From NCBI GenBank assembly GCA_965655095.1, contig OZ296649.1, positions 78,430,001 to 78,494,000 on the forward strand: 64,000 nt of DNA, read 5' to 3'. Made by a program: the position numbers and the translations under genes. This stretch comes from Haplodiscus bocki (lineage: Eukaryota). Of the stretch, positions 12,451 through 24,986 are shown one piece after another; the first letter of the stretch is position 1; each line of letters opens with the position of its first letter. Below the pieces are notes generated by a model. The model did no database searches. It worked only from the letters and a program-made list of their open reading frames with translations, and was not told the DNA's origin.

Positions 12451-13250
12451 TTTTGACAGGAAAAATAATAACTTTTATGAGTTTCAACCCGTTTTTGGAT
12501 GTCAGAACGTCTCATCCTTGATTTCAATTTATTCTTGTCGGACTGAACAAAAACTCTTTGTTTTGAAATTTTGTCACGTCATGTCTTTCTATGTTTTGCA
12601 GGTTTCCTTTGAGAATATTTACTATAGAATCGCAGAGGTAATTGAGAATCTCTTTTGGACATGGCTCATTGAAAATTTTTTTGCTTCGCAGGATAACGAT
12701 TGGATTACTTGGAGAGTAGGGAGAGTTTTTGGGTTCCTCGTCCGAAAATCAAAATTGTTTCAGCCGGTCCGGGCTATAAAATTTTGATCGAATGGACTCG
12801 GTGATTGTTTAAAAACGTAATTGATTGCCTGTTAGTGGCGAAAAGTCATTTGATGAATGACCGTAAGGAATAGATGTTGCCTCTCGATGCCAGTCAACTA
12901 ACTCCGATCTGAGTACATATTGTGCACTAAGCGTACTGACTTGCATCACAACACGAGGAGATTTGTAGAAAACAATGAGCGTATTCTGGAGTTCAACGTT
13001 TTGCTCGTTTGCTTCGATGAAACAGGTTGTGCTTAATGTAAATAGTTTTCAATCCACATTGTCTTCCAGCAGTAGCAACATCATTAAAAGTTTTTGAATT
13101 GCAATTCTGTTCACATGAATCAATCTAGATTAACGATTACTTTTTACCGTTGTTCTTTTATGAATCTATAAATTTAATGTTTGCACCATGAACAAACTCA
13201 ACAGTTTCAATCTCCTTTTGGATAACGTCGTTAAGTGGGTGGGACTGTTG
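12450..13250 (-). pseudogene. Packaging ATPase, copy C (N-terminus with Walker A deleted)
   Basis: QKEIETVEFVHG; VATAGRQCG; VELQNTLIVFYKSPR; VDWHREATS. Confidence 0.8.
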
Positions 13251-13670
13251 TAAAGGCAAAAATGAGTCCAGTCATGTGACCAAGCAAACAAGGTTTCGGT
13301 ATTCGTCCAATCATGTCACTTTTGACCGGACTTTAGCACTATGTGCCCGCACTGTTCCACCAGCGTCATGTAGTGTTGCATGTAGTCTAAATACTCCGAA
13401 ATGAAGAAATTGGAAATCCAAGAATGAGTCACTATAAGCAATGGCTCCACCAGAGTTTAAATATCAGTCGATCTCAGTTTACAAAAATCATAGATTCCGA
13501 ACAGAAACTTGCAATTAGAAAAAAAGTTTTCCGAAAACTATTGTGCTCAAATGACAGTTTTGGTCCCAGGTTCAACCTCAAAATGCGCATTAGAAAGAAA
13601 ACATCCTTTCGTTACAAAGTCTGTTTTAGTTATGAACAGTTGTTTCATCCAATACAATGGAATGCCTGCA
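13250..13670 (-). pseudogene. HD-motif PLA2-like gene, copy C, fused by deletion to the ATPase remnant
   Basis: VFRLHATLHDAGGTVRAH..; CLLGHMTGLIF runs directly into ATPase sequence. Confidence 0.5.
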
Positions 13671-14109
13671 AAATTTGTCAAAGTAGCTCAAAAGTTAAAC
13701 TCGTTTTGACAAGAGTGAACGGTGTTCTGTGAACTGCAGATTAAATTTAACAATCTCGAGGTAAAAAGTGTTTCGCTAATGGTACACTACTATGTTCTGT
13801 TTGTCTGTTTGAGTCTTGAAAAATACACATACCCTGCTCCTACAATTCTATACTGTCCAATTTAGGCAGGCACTTTTGTTTTTCGAATGTCTGGCAATTA
13901 GTGCAATTCAACTACACATAGTGCAAATTTTTCATAAGGAATTTTTTTTGGCGTTTTAAGTGCAAAATCATAAAGTCGGACATTCAATTTTAGCTTCAGA
14001 ATTAGGTTTTTTTAATCATCAAAATTCCAACTCATCCTGACTGGAATAGATAGAAAAATGACAACGACTAAAAAATTGCAATTACTTTTTTTGTACACTA
14101 CAAATGGGT

Positions 14110-14670
14110 TGATTAGTAAAGTGTTTTACAGATTTCATTACAACGAGTAAGTAGATAAAAAATTCATGTCCATGATTCACATGAACAATTTGTTGAATTT
14201 TCTCGTCCTGTTTTTTCTTTGCAAGAAATCAGACTTGAGTATAAAAACTTTCTGCGATGTCCACACTCTACTGCAGCAGAGTCACACAAGTCTTCCTCTT
14301 TGCTCGGTCCACTATGTCAACCACCTTGTCAGACAATTTGAGTTGTTCATCCATGTTTTTGGACGTTGTTGGGATCACCACTGGAGACGAGTTTTCCTCT
14401 CTACCAATGTTCTCTGCTGCAAAGGCCAGCTGATTCCTCAGTCGCATGAACTGCTTGAAATCTGACTCTTGGATTGCAAGACTTCTGACGAGTTGGAACT
14501 CTTTGTCGTCATCTTCCTTGAAAACTATCTGTTTTAAATTCACGCAATTGAAATCCTTTTTGGACCACGAAAGTCGTTCAGATCTGTTCTGGCAATTGCC
14601 TATGTCCGCATTGTCGGTACAATTTAGGTTGTGCAGGGAATCACTAGTGTTATAGCCAAAAGTGATTGCG
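14110..14670 (-). pseudogene. PC4-like gene (PC4-1), copy C
   Basis: DIGNCQNRSERLSWSKKDFNCVNLKQIVFKEDD..FQLVRSLAIQESDFKQFMRLRNQL; premature TAG after TLLQ. Confidence 0.55.
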
Positions 14671-14879
14671 ATAGAATGCTGCTGGCTGAAACAAAAAATT
14701 TTTTTCCGGATGAAAGTTGAAGAATGATTTTGAAGCTGCACTTTGTTTGGTATATACGCTCCTCTTTAAATCCTTGTCATGTGGTGTTTTCTTATATGGT
14801 CAATGTCAGGTGGAGTTTCCAGGTAGAAAGATTCTTTCTTTTTTTCGGACAGTGTCAGGTGACACTTCCTTTTTTAGTA

Positions 14880-15420
14880 GGGTTGTACAAAATTAAGTAT
14901 TACCTGGTTTTTCGGATTCGTTTGTTCAGAAAACGATTCAACAGCCGGATGGCTGCTGTAATGTTACAAGTGTTACCGAGCTTTTTCAAAAACTTTTCAG
15001 AAGCAGTTTTTTTTTCATTTCTGCAAACACATCAGAAAAAAACATTGTTAGTGATGATTACTATTTTTTCTACCATGATGACAGGATGGGCCTCCTACCC
15101 TGTTGTAGATATCAAATTGTACTGATAGGAGACATTAAATAGTTGTTACAAAACTAGGATGCATTCTGTTTCAAATACCAATACGTGGACATTTTGTATA
15201 CACTTTTCAAGTACCGATTCAGTGGCAAAATTATTGTCAAGAGTGGACAGACATTCGATAATGTTCAGAGCGCAGTTCATTTCAACCACCAAAATATAAA
15301 GGTGCAGAGACTCCCGAGCATCGCAAAAAAGAGATTCTCTAGGAAAAAAAACAAAGTACATTTGCTAAGTTTTTTCCAAAAAATGAAATCAACGCAAACT
15401 AGCGGATGAGTGTTTGCAGA
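14880..15420 (-). pseudogene. Conserved unknown gene X, copy C
   Basis: NFATESVLEKCIQNVHVLVFETECI; CNITAAI. Homologues at ~3700-3900(+), 46540-46874(-) and 47750-48330(-). Confidence 0.55.
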
Positions 15421-15829
15421 CAATTGAACAAGTTAAAAAGAGGAAGTTCGAGCCAGAACAGATAAAATTTTAGATTGTTTTCTAGGCAGTCATGGTAAAT
15501 AATCTGGTATTTTGGTATCTTTTAAAATGAAAGCTTTGTAAACTGAACAATTTCTGAATTCCAAAGAGAAGTGTATAAATCAAATGACCGTTCGAATGAT
15601 AAAGTTATCACACCCATCAGGAACGCGATTGCCATAAAGAACGTAAAAAGGAAGAGGAGAGTTCCAATTGTGAGACAAACACATGCCACACACTCATGAA
15701 AAAGCTTTTCACCACAAGCCGTTGCCCTTTTCCAACAAGTTGTTCCTTCATGTTGGCATCACTTTCATAACATTTCAGGGAGAATCTGAAAAGACGAAAC
15801 AAAAAACACAAATTGATTTAAAATCACCG

Positions 15830-16220
15830 CAACTTAACAGATTTTGAACTGAAAGAAAAAACGCGTCAGGTTTAAACTTAAAATTTGACAACGTGACCAA
15901 TTTTAGAATTAACAAAGTGTGTCAGATTTCGAACTTAAAAATTTACAACGAGTAAGAATTTTAATTAATCAATTTACTCTGTTGTAACGATATTTTTTGG
16001 CAGTTTTAGGCTTTTTAAAAAGTCATGATTTTGAATTAAAAAATAGAACATGTCAGATTTTGAATGGAAAAAAAACGGGTCAGATTTTGAAACAAAAACT
16101 TTACAACGTGCCAGATTTTGAATTGAAAGAAAAACAATGCGTCCGATTTTGGAATTACATTTTCACACCGTGTCAGATTCTAAACCTGAATTGTCTCGAC
16201 TAGTCAGATTTTGAATTCCA
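15830..16220. repeat. Degenerate ~28-31-bp minisatellite (gtcagattttgaattgaaaatttacaacgc), about 12 units
   Basis: Repeated cagattttgaa cores are directly visible. Confidence 0.85.
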
Positions 16221-16725
16221 TCTCATCTAATGTTGTCTTCTCACCTACTACTATCACGTGTACTTCTCACAACGTTTTCCTCCATACAACCACTAACAAA
16301 TACAGCATGCAATATCTTATTCAACTAGAAATTAGCAGTCGCCTCCCATCAAACAAAACTTCTGGTAATCAAGGACTTTGACATTTGATTTCGCTATGGC
16401 GTCCCATTTTTTTCTCTGTGTGGGCTTTATATATGCAGAAAGATGCTTCTACTAGCAAAATTAATAAAATTGATACTAAAACTGCTTTTGTGTAACACAT
16501 GTCTGACTAGTTTCTGAAAAAAATGAGATGAAGCGAAGCACGCCCTTTCTAGTTTATTTTAAAAGATTTACATAGTAGCGATTATGTATGTTATTCAAAC
16601 AGATTTCTTTAAATATAATCGAGAACATTCTCAATTTTTGTTCCAACGGGGAGAGTTCTCATCAACACGGAGGGTTGGGTTGGTCTCTTGGAGACTGAAG
16701 TCGCGGGAAGAAGAGAAGGAGTAGG

Positions 16726-17082
16726 NNNNNNNNNNNNNNNNNNNNNNNNNNNNNNNNNNNNNNNNNNNNNNNNNNNNNNNNNNNNNNNNNNNNNNNNNNN
16801 NNNNNNNNNNNNNNNNNNNNNNNNNNNNNNNNNNNNNNNNNNNNNNNNNNNNNNNNNNNNNNNNNNNNNNNNNNNNNNNNNNNNNNNNNNNNNNNNNNNN
16901 NNNNNNNNNNNNNNNNNNNNNNNNNNNNNNNNNNNNNNNNNNNNNNNNNNNNNNNNNNNNNNNNNNNNNNNNNNNNNNNNNNNNNNNNNNNNNNNNNNNN
17001 NNNNNNNNNNNNNNNNNNNNNNNNNNNNNNNNNNNNNNNNNNNNNNNNNNNNNNNNNNNNNNNNNNNNNNNNNNNNNNNNNN
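16726..17082. other. Assembly gap (N run)
   Basis: Run of n. Confidence 1.
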
Positions 17083-17949
17083 TACTCTTCCTCAATCAGA
17101 ATCGGGTGTTGATCAGCTATTGAACGCATCTCAAAATCATTAAAATTTGAAAAGAAAAAGGGAGTATCTTTGCCTGTTGGAAAACTGCATCCATGTTCAA
17201 GTCAGGATCCTCCCTGTAAAACTCTATATCCTCCAGATCAGACACCTGATACCCGCTTGTGTCCTTGTCTTGTGCGCAACACTCGAGAGTAGTTCATCCC
17301 GCATCTCAATTGTCCCTTCCTGGTTGGGGGTATTTGGAACTACCGCCAGATTGTTGTTCAAAATTTCCTGTCTGTGAGACAACAACAAGCTCCAAGCAGC
17401 CAGAGGAGTTTCCCGGGCTTTTTTTCATTTCTTGGATGAGATTTTTTACAGTCAGAGTAACCGAATCCCGTCCAAAGTAGTCGAGAGACCACTAAGTACG
17501 GCCGTTGGAGACTAAGAAAGTCATGTTGCTCAAATTTTGACTAAAAATGTATAAATTGACAATGGAAAGGAACTTTTGATGAACTGTATCAATCAGTGGG
17601 ACACCATTATGCCACAAATGGAACGATTTTTGCTTTTGCACGAAAAATTTTTGGCCCATGTTCGTGTGTGGCTGATTGTGATTGGCGGAGATAATTTTTT
17701 AAAATTAGAGATGGTTTATCGTTTTCGTAAACACGGCTGGTTTTTTTGACAAACAATATGTACCATCACCGACAATTAACTATTTTTTCGATTGTTACAC
17801 CTTGAAAGGAAGGTTCAAACCGTGGCAGCACGTTTTGCAATGCAGAAAGTCGTAACGCTTTTGTCAATTTGTTTCCATGTGTGGGCATAGACACAATTCT
17901 GATGTTAAGAGAACCTTCCAAGACAATAAAATTCTCCAAAAATATCTTG

Positions 17950-18800
17950 AATTGATTCTTGAGCCTCTTCTCAAAAATGAATCCACTGGCCAAATTTCAG
18001 AGAAAACGGATTTGCTTGTTTTCGAATAAAATACTGCGGACTTCACAGGTGGATTCGCATTGAGGAGGCTGGTAATCATTCTTTCGAGAGATTGAATATT
18101 CTTTTTGAGCATACAAAGTATACCCGTGCACCTTATCTTCAGACAGAAGACGTTCCCAATACGTTTAATACTGCTTTTGTCTTACCGACAATCAGGGAAG
18201 AATGTACTACACATCGTGAATGCTCTCAATTGTTTCACACTTGCATGCAACGTGATATCGGTTCTTGTAGAGGTAGTGAATTTTGAGATAGTTAGGGTTG
18301 ACCATTTCTGCAAGTATACACTGAATATCGTGTACTTCAAACAATTTGACGGAAAGGACGCGACAATTGCTGTTTCCAAAGGGGAACGATAATTGAACAT
18401 GTCTTTATCGATATTCAGTGATATCTATAAAGTAATGAGCAAAGGGATTGTTGATTGACCTCGTAGATCCAATCTTAACTTTAGGCTTCGGAAGGGGAAG
18501 CTGTATACACTGTCTAGCTTGATAGTTTGAGAAACTCGCGCAGACTGCCAACCAAAGAACTGAGATCTCTTGCAGATCAAATCGTCTTCTTGGAGGGTTA
18601 AACGCTGCTGTGTTTTCAAATCGTAAGCTTCGAACAATTTTATTGGAAAAGATTTTGTAAACTTTGCTAACACGTGCTTGTTGAAGCTGGGACTGGGAAA
18701 AAACGAAATTGTCGTGGTGAAAAGAACTATCTACGTCCGTTTCGTCCGCATATTCCTCTGATAGTTATTCAAAGCTGAATACAGCTTGCACAAACTGTGA
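17950..18800 (-). pseudogene. PC4-like paralogue (PC4-3), copy C
   Basis: Homologous to 2000-2760(+) and 49850-50560(-). Confidence 0.5.
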
Positions 18801-19055
18801 TATTGCTCTTTAACAAACATCAACTACTTTCAGTCAGTAAGTATTGCAAGATGAATTTATCGGCAGTCTAGTGGTAGAAACAATGTGAAAGTCGGGTTCC
18901 AACGGAAGTACCGCCTTCAATCAGCAGATTCAAAGAAATCTTTTGCCGGTAGTAAAATACGAAACCTTGGTTTAGTGGTTAAAAACTTTAATTGATTCAC
19001 TAGGTCAGTACAAATATTTACGTTTATGATTCCATGAATCGAAAATTTTTAGCCT

Positions 19056-19438
19056 CTACACTACACATTCCCTGCTACCTTCAAAACTGGTTCCCTGTAT
19101 GGAAGACTTTTTGATTGACAGTTGAGAAGAAAAGAAACAACACAACCAAATTGAATTCCTCAGACAATCTGTTGTTTTATTAGCGAATTTGCTCCAGATG
19201 ATTAATTTTCCCAGAGAGTCTGTCACCATATTAAAGGAAATTCTTCCACTGGAAATACTTTGACGCACAAGCTGTCTCACCCTTTTATATTTTTATTTGA
19301 ATACATACAGTCGGTTTTCAAGGTGAAAAAAAGTGATTGACAGCTCATGCGGTAACTCCTTTCATGGTTAGTCTTTCTTTTCAAGGTCCCTCCACATATG
19401 TTTAAAAAGTTTGAAGTAACACCTGCGTTTTTTCGCCA
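19056..19438 (-). pseudogene. First gene of the divergent arm (unknown), copy C
   Basis: MAKKRR...RQLVRQSISSGRISFNMVTDSLGK matches CVRNLSSGTPSPIIVTERLTK in D (~29160-29220 -) and the 35-aa repeat in E. Confidence 0.45.
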
Positions 19439-19521
19439 TTATTTTTCTAGCATTGCTGCAAATAGGTTGCTAGAGTCATTACGTTCGTTTCAGCCTATTA
19501 AGATAGACTCTCATTACTGAT

Positions 19522-22500
19522 ATGCTTTCCTTCAATCGCAACAAAAATTTGTTCGTGAAATTTGTGGTACCCAAACTACAAAGGTTAATCTTAATCGTCA
19601 CAGGAAGAGATGTCCCGTGGGAACTTTGTTTTTCCAGTTTCCCATTTTCCCAAATAAATTCCAGGGGAGTTTGATTCTTTTTCTTGTTAAAACGAGTGCG
19701 CACCAAAACCGGTCGTTATCTACAACTGTAACCTTTGTTATCAAGAGTTTTCAGCGTTTTACGCTTTACGATAGTATAAAAACACCCAACATTGCTTTCG
19801 TATCGAGACAACATTTGATCAACCAGATGATATCATTTATGAAGTTGATGACACGACTCGTAAAGAAGAGTTGCGTTCAGGTCAACATTTCCTCGTTGAT
19901 TTTTAAGTTGAAATGCGATACACAAAGTATTCAACTATGCAATAGAACACCTCAACGCAAAAATTGTGTTCGAAAAGCTTGATCTTTTCTTCAACAGCTT
20001 AAAGTGTGCAGCCGAAGTGAATCTACTCATTGGGTTGTATTTGGAAAACTTTGAAAAGAAATAATTCCATGGCTTTCATGCTCACGAAAACAATACCCTG
20101 CTGGATCAATCCAAACTTGTGTGCACCAAAGACGACCTGGCAAAACTAAAAGACTTTTTCAACAAAATGATGTCACCGAGTCGTGTAGTAGTGAAAAGAT
20201 GAACACAAGGTGGAGGTTCTAGAATTTGGCAAACCTAACAGTTTTTGCAGCTTGACTCAAAGACGTACCTATGGGTTGCAAAGATGTTATTTTACCCGAA
20301 CTTCTGTTGAAAACCTGCATAAGCAACTGTCTCAATTTCGAAGAGATTACAAGACTGATATAAGAGGACAACTTCTGCTTTCTTAGTGCAGTTGCTTTTC
20401 TTTTGCATGGAAATAAAAAGTGGAAAAAGAAACATCTAAAACTTTTTTCGTATTTTCGAGTAGAAATCATGGATTCAGCCCTAGTCAGTTCCAAGGGGTC
20501 CATATGAGCAACATTCCAATTATTAAAAATCTGTTTTTATTCATTGTTCTTGTTTATCATGTGGATATTTCTAGAGGGGAACATCGTGGGTGAACTCGAT
20601 TGGCCAAGTGTGCAGAAACGCGAAAATACTGTCAGATTATTCAGATAGAAAACTCATATATCTTGAGTCAGCAACTTTAACGCAGTCTTCCAAATTATCG
20701 TTGCCCTACTTTTAACACTTTTTCCAACAAAACATACATTTTTTAACTACATTTAAGTACATGCAGTGAATAGGTGAAAAATGTTTATCCAAAGAACGAA
20801 CCTAAAATCCTAGAAACTAACTTTGACAAGCTGGAGTCGTTTGGTAATAAGTACACAAGTGAACAAACACTTCACAAAATTAGCAATATTCGACTTTGAA
20901 TCCATTTGTGTCCAAGAAGAGACCTTCAGAGGCACAAAAACGACAAAGTGGATAGGATAGGGAAACATGTCCCGATATCTGTATCCATTTCTTCGAACCA
21001 TGTGGAAGAACCAATTTTCCTCTGCTACTCTGATCCCCATTACGTCGTTGCATCTTTTATTGGAGCACTAGAAAGTCTGGCGTCCTGAGTGAAGCACAAA
21101 AGAAGTTTTTATACCTTGATTTCGAGACAACAATGAAAAAAACTGGGCAACGTCTTGGAGAAACTCACCCAGAGGCACAACCGACGGAGGCAGTTGATGG
21201 TATCCGACATGAAATAGGATAACTGTGGGAACAAAAACTGTGACCAATTTCAATTTTAGAAGATACAAAGAATCAAATAAAAAACTTCCAGGAACCTCTG
21301 GAGTGTTATTGCAATGTTTTACCAGTGTCTGCTTTCAACAGTGAAAACTCTGATCTAAACCTCATCAAATCGTGCTTGTACCCCTTCTTGACAACGAACA
21401 AGAAACTGATCCTACTGTTATCAAAACTGCACACTAGCTCATCTCAATCGAGTTCGGTGAGTTTCAGTTAAAGGATTTATTGACTTTTGTTGGCGGAGCA
21501 GCAAGTCTTGATTAGTTGTTGAAAACATACAAGACTTAAGCAACAAAGTCTTTCTACTCCTACGAACGGTTTGATCATCCTGACAAAACATAGAATACAG
21601 AACTTCCCCCGTGAGACGCGTTTTACAGTAAACTGCGTAACTGGAACCCTCTTGAAATTGATTACATGGATTATTTCAACCTATTGAAAACTGGGTTGAC
21701 CACAGAACAAGCTGTTAACAAGTGAAACTATCAAAGCCAGCTTCAACTGGAAGTGAGTCTTGTGAAAAACTGCAACAGCTATACAAGTAGGAGGCAAATG
21801 ATCTCATTCAAAGATTTTTTCAGTGCTAAAACAACAAAAACATTGTGCCAACCTTCTTGGAAGCAATGCAAAGTTGATTGGTTTTTACAACGACCAAAAT
21901 ATCGATGTTTTGAAGCTTAGTTGTAAGATACCAAAGCTGTCCAACAATTGTCTACACAAATCTACATGAGCAAAGTTTTATCCCTTCAGGGAGGCACATA
22001 AAGGCCTGTTGGATAAAAGTCGCGAAGATGTTGTTGGTGGTCCATCTGTCGTTTACTCACGCAAAGCGATTGCTATTGAAACTTTAATTCGAAGTCCACA
22101 AACAAATGCAGATCAACTGTAGAGATTGTTGCTTGCTAACTATATCCATGTTCGACGTGTCAACCTATGCCCACCGGACTTTATACGCTTTGGGATCTCG
22201 ATTCTGAGACAAGTAGACTCGCGTCTCGGCAAAACAAAACCCGTAGCTTTGAGAATATTGTCATGTCCCATTTTCAATAAATAAGACCAGAATGCAAAAG
22301 CGAGGGTTTCTTAACAACAGGCAGACAGAAATAAACTGACCGCTTCAAACTTGATGGATTTTGTTCTCACTACAACAATGCAATTGAAGCCATGGGTTAC
22401 ATCTATCAGTTCTGTCCCTTCCAAAACGTACGTCCATCTCTCACTGAAGAAGTTTTTCAACGTGGTGGTAAGAAACGAGAGCTCAATGAATTAGGAAGAA

Positions 22501-23724
22501 ATTACAGAGATGAAAAAGGCTTCACTCTTTTTGAAATGTGGGAGTATGAGTGGTGGAGACTGTACAAGATAACCAGTAACGTTTTACAACGTAATCAGGA
22601 TAAAATCCATTGCAAAAGTTCACTTACAGAATACCAGCTCCTCGAAAAAAAAGAAGGGAAATTTGTTTGGCTACATTCAATGCGACATTGAAGTAACTGA
22701 AAACTTGAAACCCAACTTGCTACCGTCCTTCCAATATTCAAGAACACTTTAGTTAGCAAAAATGATATCGGGGAACTAAGCAAAAACTATGCCGAAGTAG
22801 AAGGATTATTGTCTCAACCACGGAAAATGTTGATATCAAGGTTCACATTATAAAACGGAGCTCTCATTACTCCTATGTTGTTGTTATTTCTGCAATTGGA
22901 TCTTGTTTGCGCAAAAATAAAGCAGCTTGTTGAGTAGGCACCAAAGAAGTAGTTCAACAGTTTTATAATTTTAGCAGTGGACGCAAGAAGACAAGGTGAC
23001 GAGGAGCAGAATTCAAGTGTCATCGAGGAGACAATGAAGCTTCTCGCTAATAGCTCCTACGGTTACGGACCAACATACTGTAACAACATTCCTGAGTGAC
23101 GAAAAGATAAATGCTCCTATCAACAGTAAACTGTTTTAGAAATTTAGAAACTGAGTCAAGTCAACAAAGGTTTTTACGAAACTGAACTCAATAAAGCACA
23201 GGTTGAACATAGAGAGTCAACCATTGTCGGACTCTTATCCGTCAATGTGCTAATCTATGAAACCTGAAATGACAGCAGAGTGGGAACAATTGCAATCAAC
23301 GGACTGTACCGATAGTTTTACTGCTGATTCACTTGGAATTTTTTTCTGCCCCCTGGTGCTGTGACAAGCACAAAAAACATGGCAAGAGAGGCCTGGTCTT
23401 TAGAAATAGATGTTTAAGTGTTCGGAAATGCTGTGTCTTTGCAAAAAATGCTGCTGCTACTACAAAACCTCAGACAAGTTGAATTTCAGCTGCAAAATCC
23501 CCAATAATCGAATACTTGAACAGAGCAATGATGGTCGTCTGGAAAAATATTGCAAAATTTTTGATGATACGGTGAATAATATATCAACAAACCAAGGTTT
23601 TCGGACAGAGGATCACACAGTTGCAACTTATGAACAAACTAAAAGAAGATTATTTTACTTTTATCGTGGGAGAAAAGTAGCGGTTGAAGGAATTCACAAA
23701 CACCGATATGTTTTGTATTTGTAA
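19522..23724 (+). pseudogene. Protein-primed family B DNA polymerase (pPolB), copy C
   Basis: N-terminal Zn-finger remnant; ExoI IFDFES (~20887); ExoII FNS; VVGGPS; motif B MKLLANSSYG (23035-23064); motif C region deleted. Confidence 0.9.
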
Positions 23725-24189
23725 CATTCTACGAATAAAAGTTTGGATGGTGTTTGCTGCTTTATAATACTTTTCAATTAAAGTTTTCCCTAAGTTAAGT
23801 TGCCCTTTGCTTGAATACAACCAGGTTGTGCGCAAAGTTTTTGTTTTCAGTTGTTTCCATGCTTTTTTTTTCTCAAAAACTGAATCTAAACGTGCAGGTA
23901 ATACAATGTGTTTGCTAACATTTTTACCTTCTAATTAACTTCTGAAAATTTTGATAAAAACTTTTTACATAGCTATTGATCATATCAGTATCGCAAAAGA
24001 AAGTGGTTGCAAGCTGTTTTCAGGATAGTTTTTCCTTTTATGGATGGTATTTTTTATGGTCTTTCCAAATTTTGTATAGAGTAATGGACAACATTTGCTA
24101 CATTTATTCAGCCAATAATTTTTCTCGCATTGCTACAGTCAAGTTGCTACAACTTTCACGTAGATGAAAGGTTTTTTGCGTTGCACTGC

Positions 24190-24865
24190 TATACTTCGTT
24201 TCATTGAATTACCAATCTCTACCCTATCCTAATACTTTACCGAACTCTACCCTACCTTAATACGTTACCGAAAAGATCATTAACTCATCTTAAGACATTA
24301 CCGAACTATCCACTATCTTAAAACATTACCGAACTATACGTAATGTTAATACATTATCGAAGTAGTTTCTCACACAGCGTTAAGTGACAACAGTGTTTGA
24401 AGGCTTTATATTTAACCTCAGTCGTCATAATTAGTCCACGCTGTAATAATTATCCGCGCAGGCGGGCCTGCAGGAGAGAATCAGTTCCAATTGTTTTTTC
24501 GGAATCATCTGACGGTGCCAAAAGTGAGTTATACAGCCCACTCTATATCCTTATACGTGGCTGCTTATCCTTATACATTCACTTAACCCGAACCCGAAAC
24601 AGACCCTTCAATAGTATTTTAACAAACACACTCCTACTTCACCAAAAACCAAAAAACTGTCGGCAGCCAAAGCCGAATCGAGCACGAAAAACCTTGAAAT
24701 TTCTAAGCGAATCAGAATCAGTTTTTGCGTCACACACAGAAACACCCGATAGCTCTTGGCTAGGTTGAAAGACCTTTCCCGGCTCTCAGGTTCACTCGGT
24801 TTGCTGTAGCCTATCTTAATATATAAGGTCTTCCAACTTCCAAGTGATTTGATCACATTTGTACT
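24190..24865 (-). repeat. Right terminal inverted repeat of copy C, with ~28-bp tandem units (ttaccgaact..ctatcttaatac) at 24210-24365
   Basis: Inverted match to 7227-7960; ends cacatttgtact vs expected cacatctactact. Confidence 0.8.
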
Positions 24866-24986
24866 TTTTTCCATCAAATTGTTGCAGTAATTCCGAAAAA
24901 ACCCCGTACATACAAGACAAAAGATGAACAAGTGAGACCATCCGTGGTAAATTTTATCAAAACGCGATGATCAAAGTCATTTTACA

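Larger units (their letters stand above)
7227..24865. mobile_element. Maverick/Polinton copy C, full length, decayed, nested in the integrase of copy B
   Basis: Starts AGTAGTAG (7227). Inverted terminal homology 7227-~7960 vs ~24190-24865. Structural arm on - and pPolB on +. The B integrase resumes right after the end. Confidence 0.85.

Noticed and set aside
9158-12787. Plus-strand ORFs of 100-130 aa (9158, 9970, 12392)
   Set aside because: Antisense shadows of minus-strand capsid, core and ATPase pseudogenes.
15830-16220. CRISPR-like array
   Set aside because: Units are degenerate tandem copies with no unique spacers, there are no cas genes, and the context is eukaryotic.
16245-16252. CTACTACT as the right end of copy C
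   Set aside because: Adjacent sequence does not match the 7227 TIR. The real inverted match and the resumption of the B integrase are at ~24865.
16631-17143. 150-aa ORFs in the ORF track
   Set aside because: Artefacts of translating the N gap.
17980-18080. Apparent similarity to the Gypsy region at ~35740-35810 (cggacttcac.gg.gg)
   Set aside because: Short and probably coincidental. The surrounding region aligns instead with the Maverick gene at 2000-2760.
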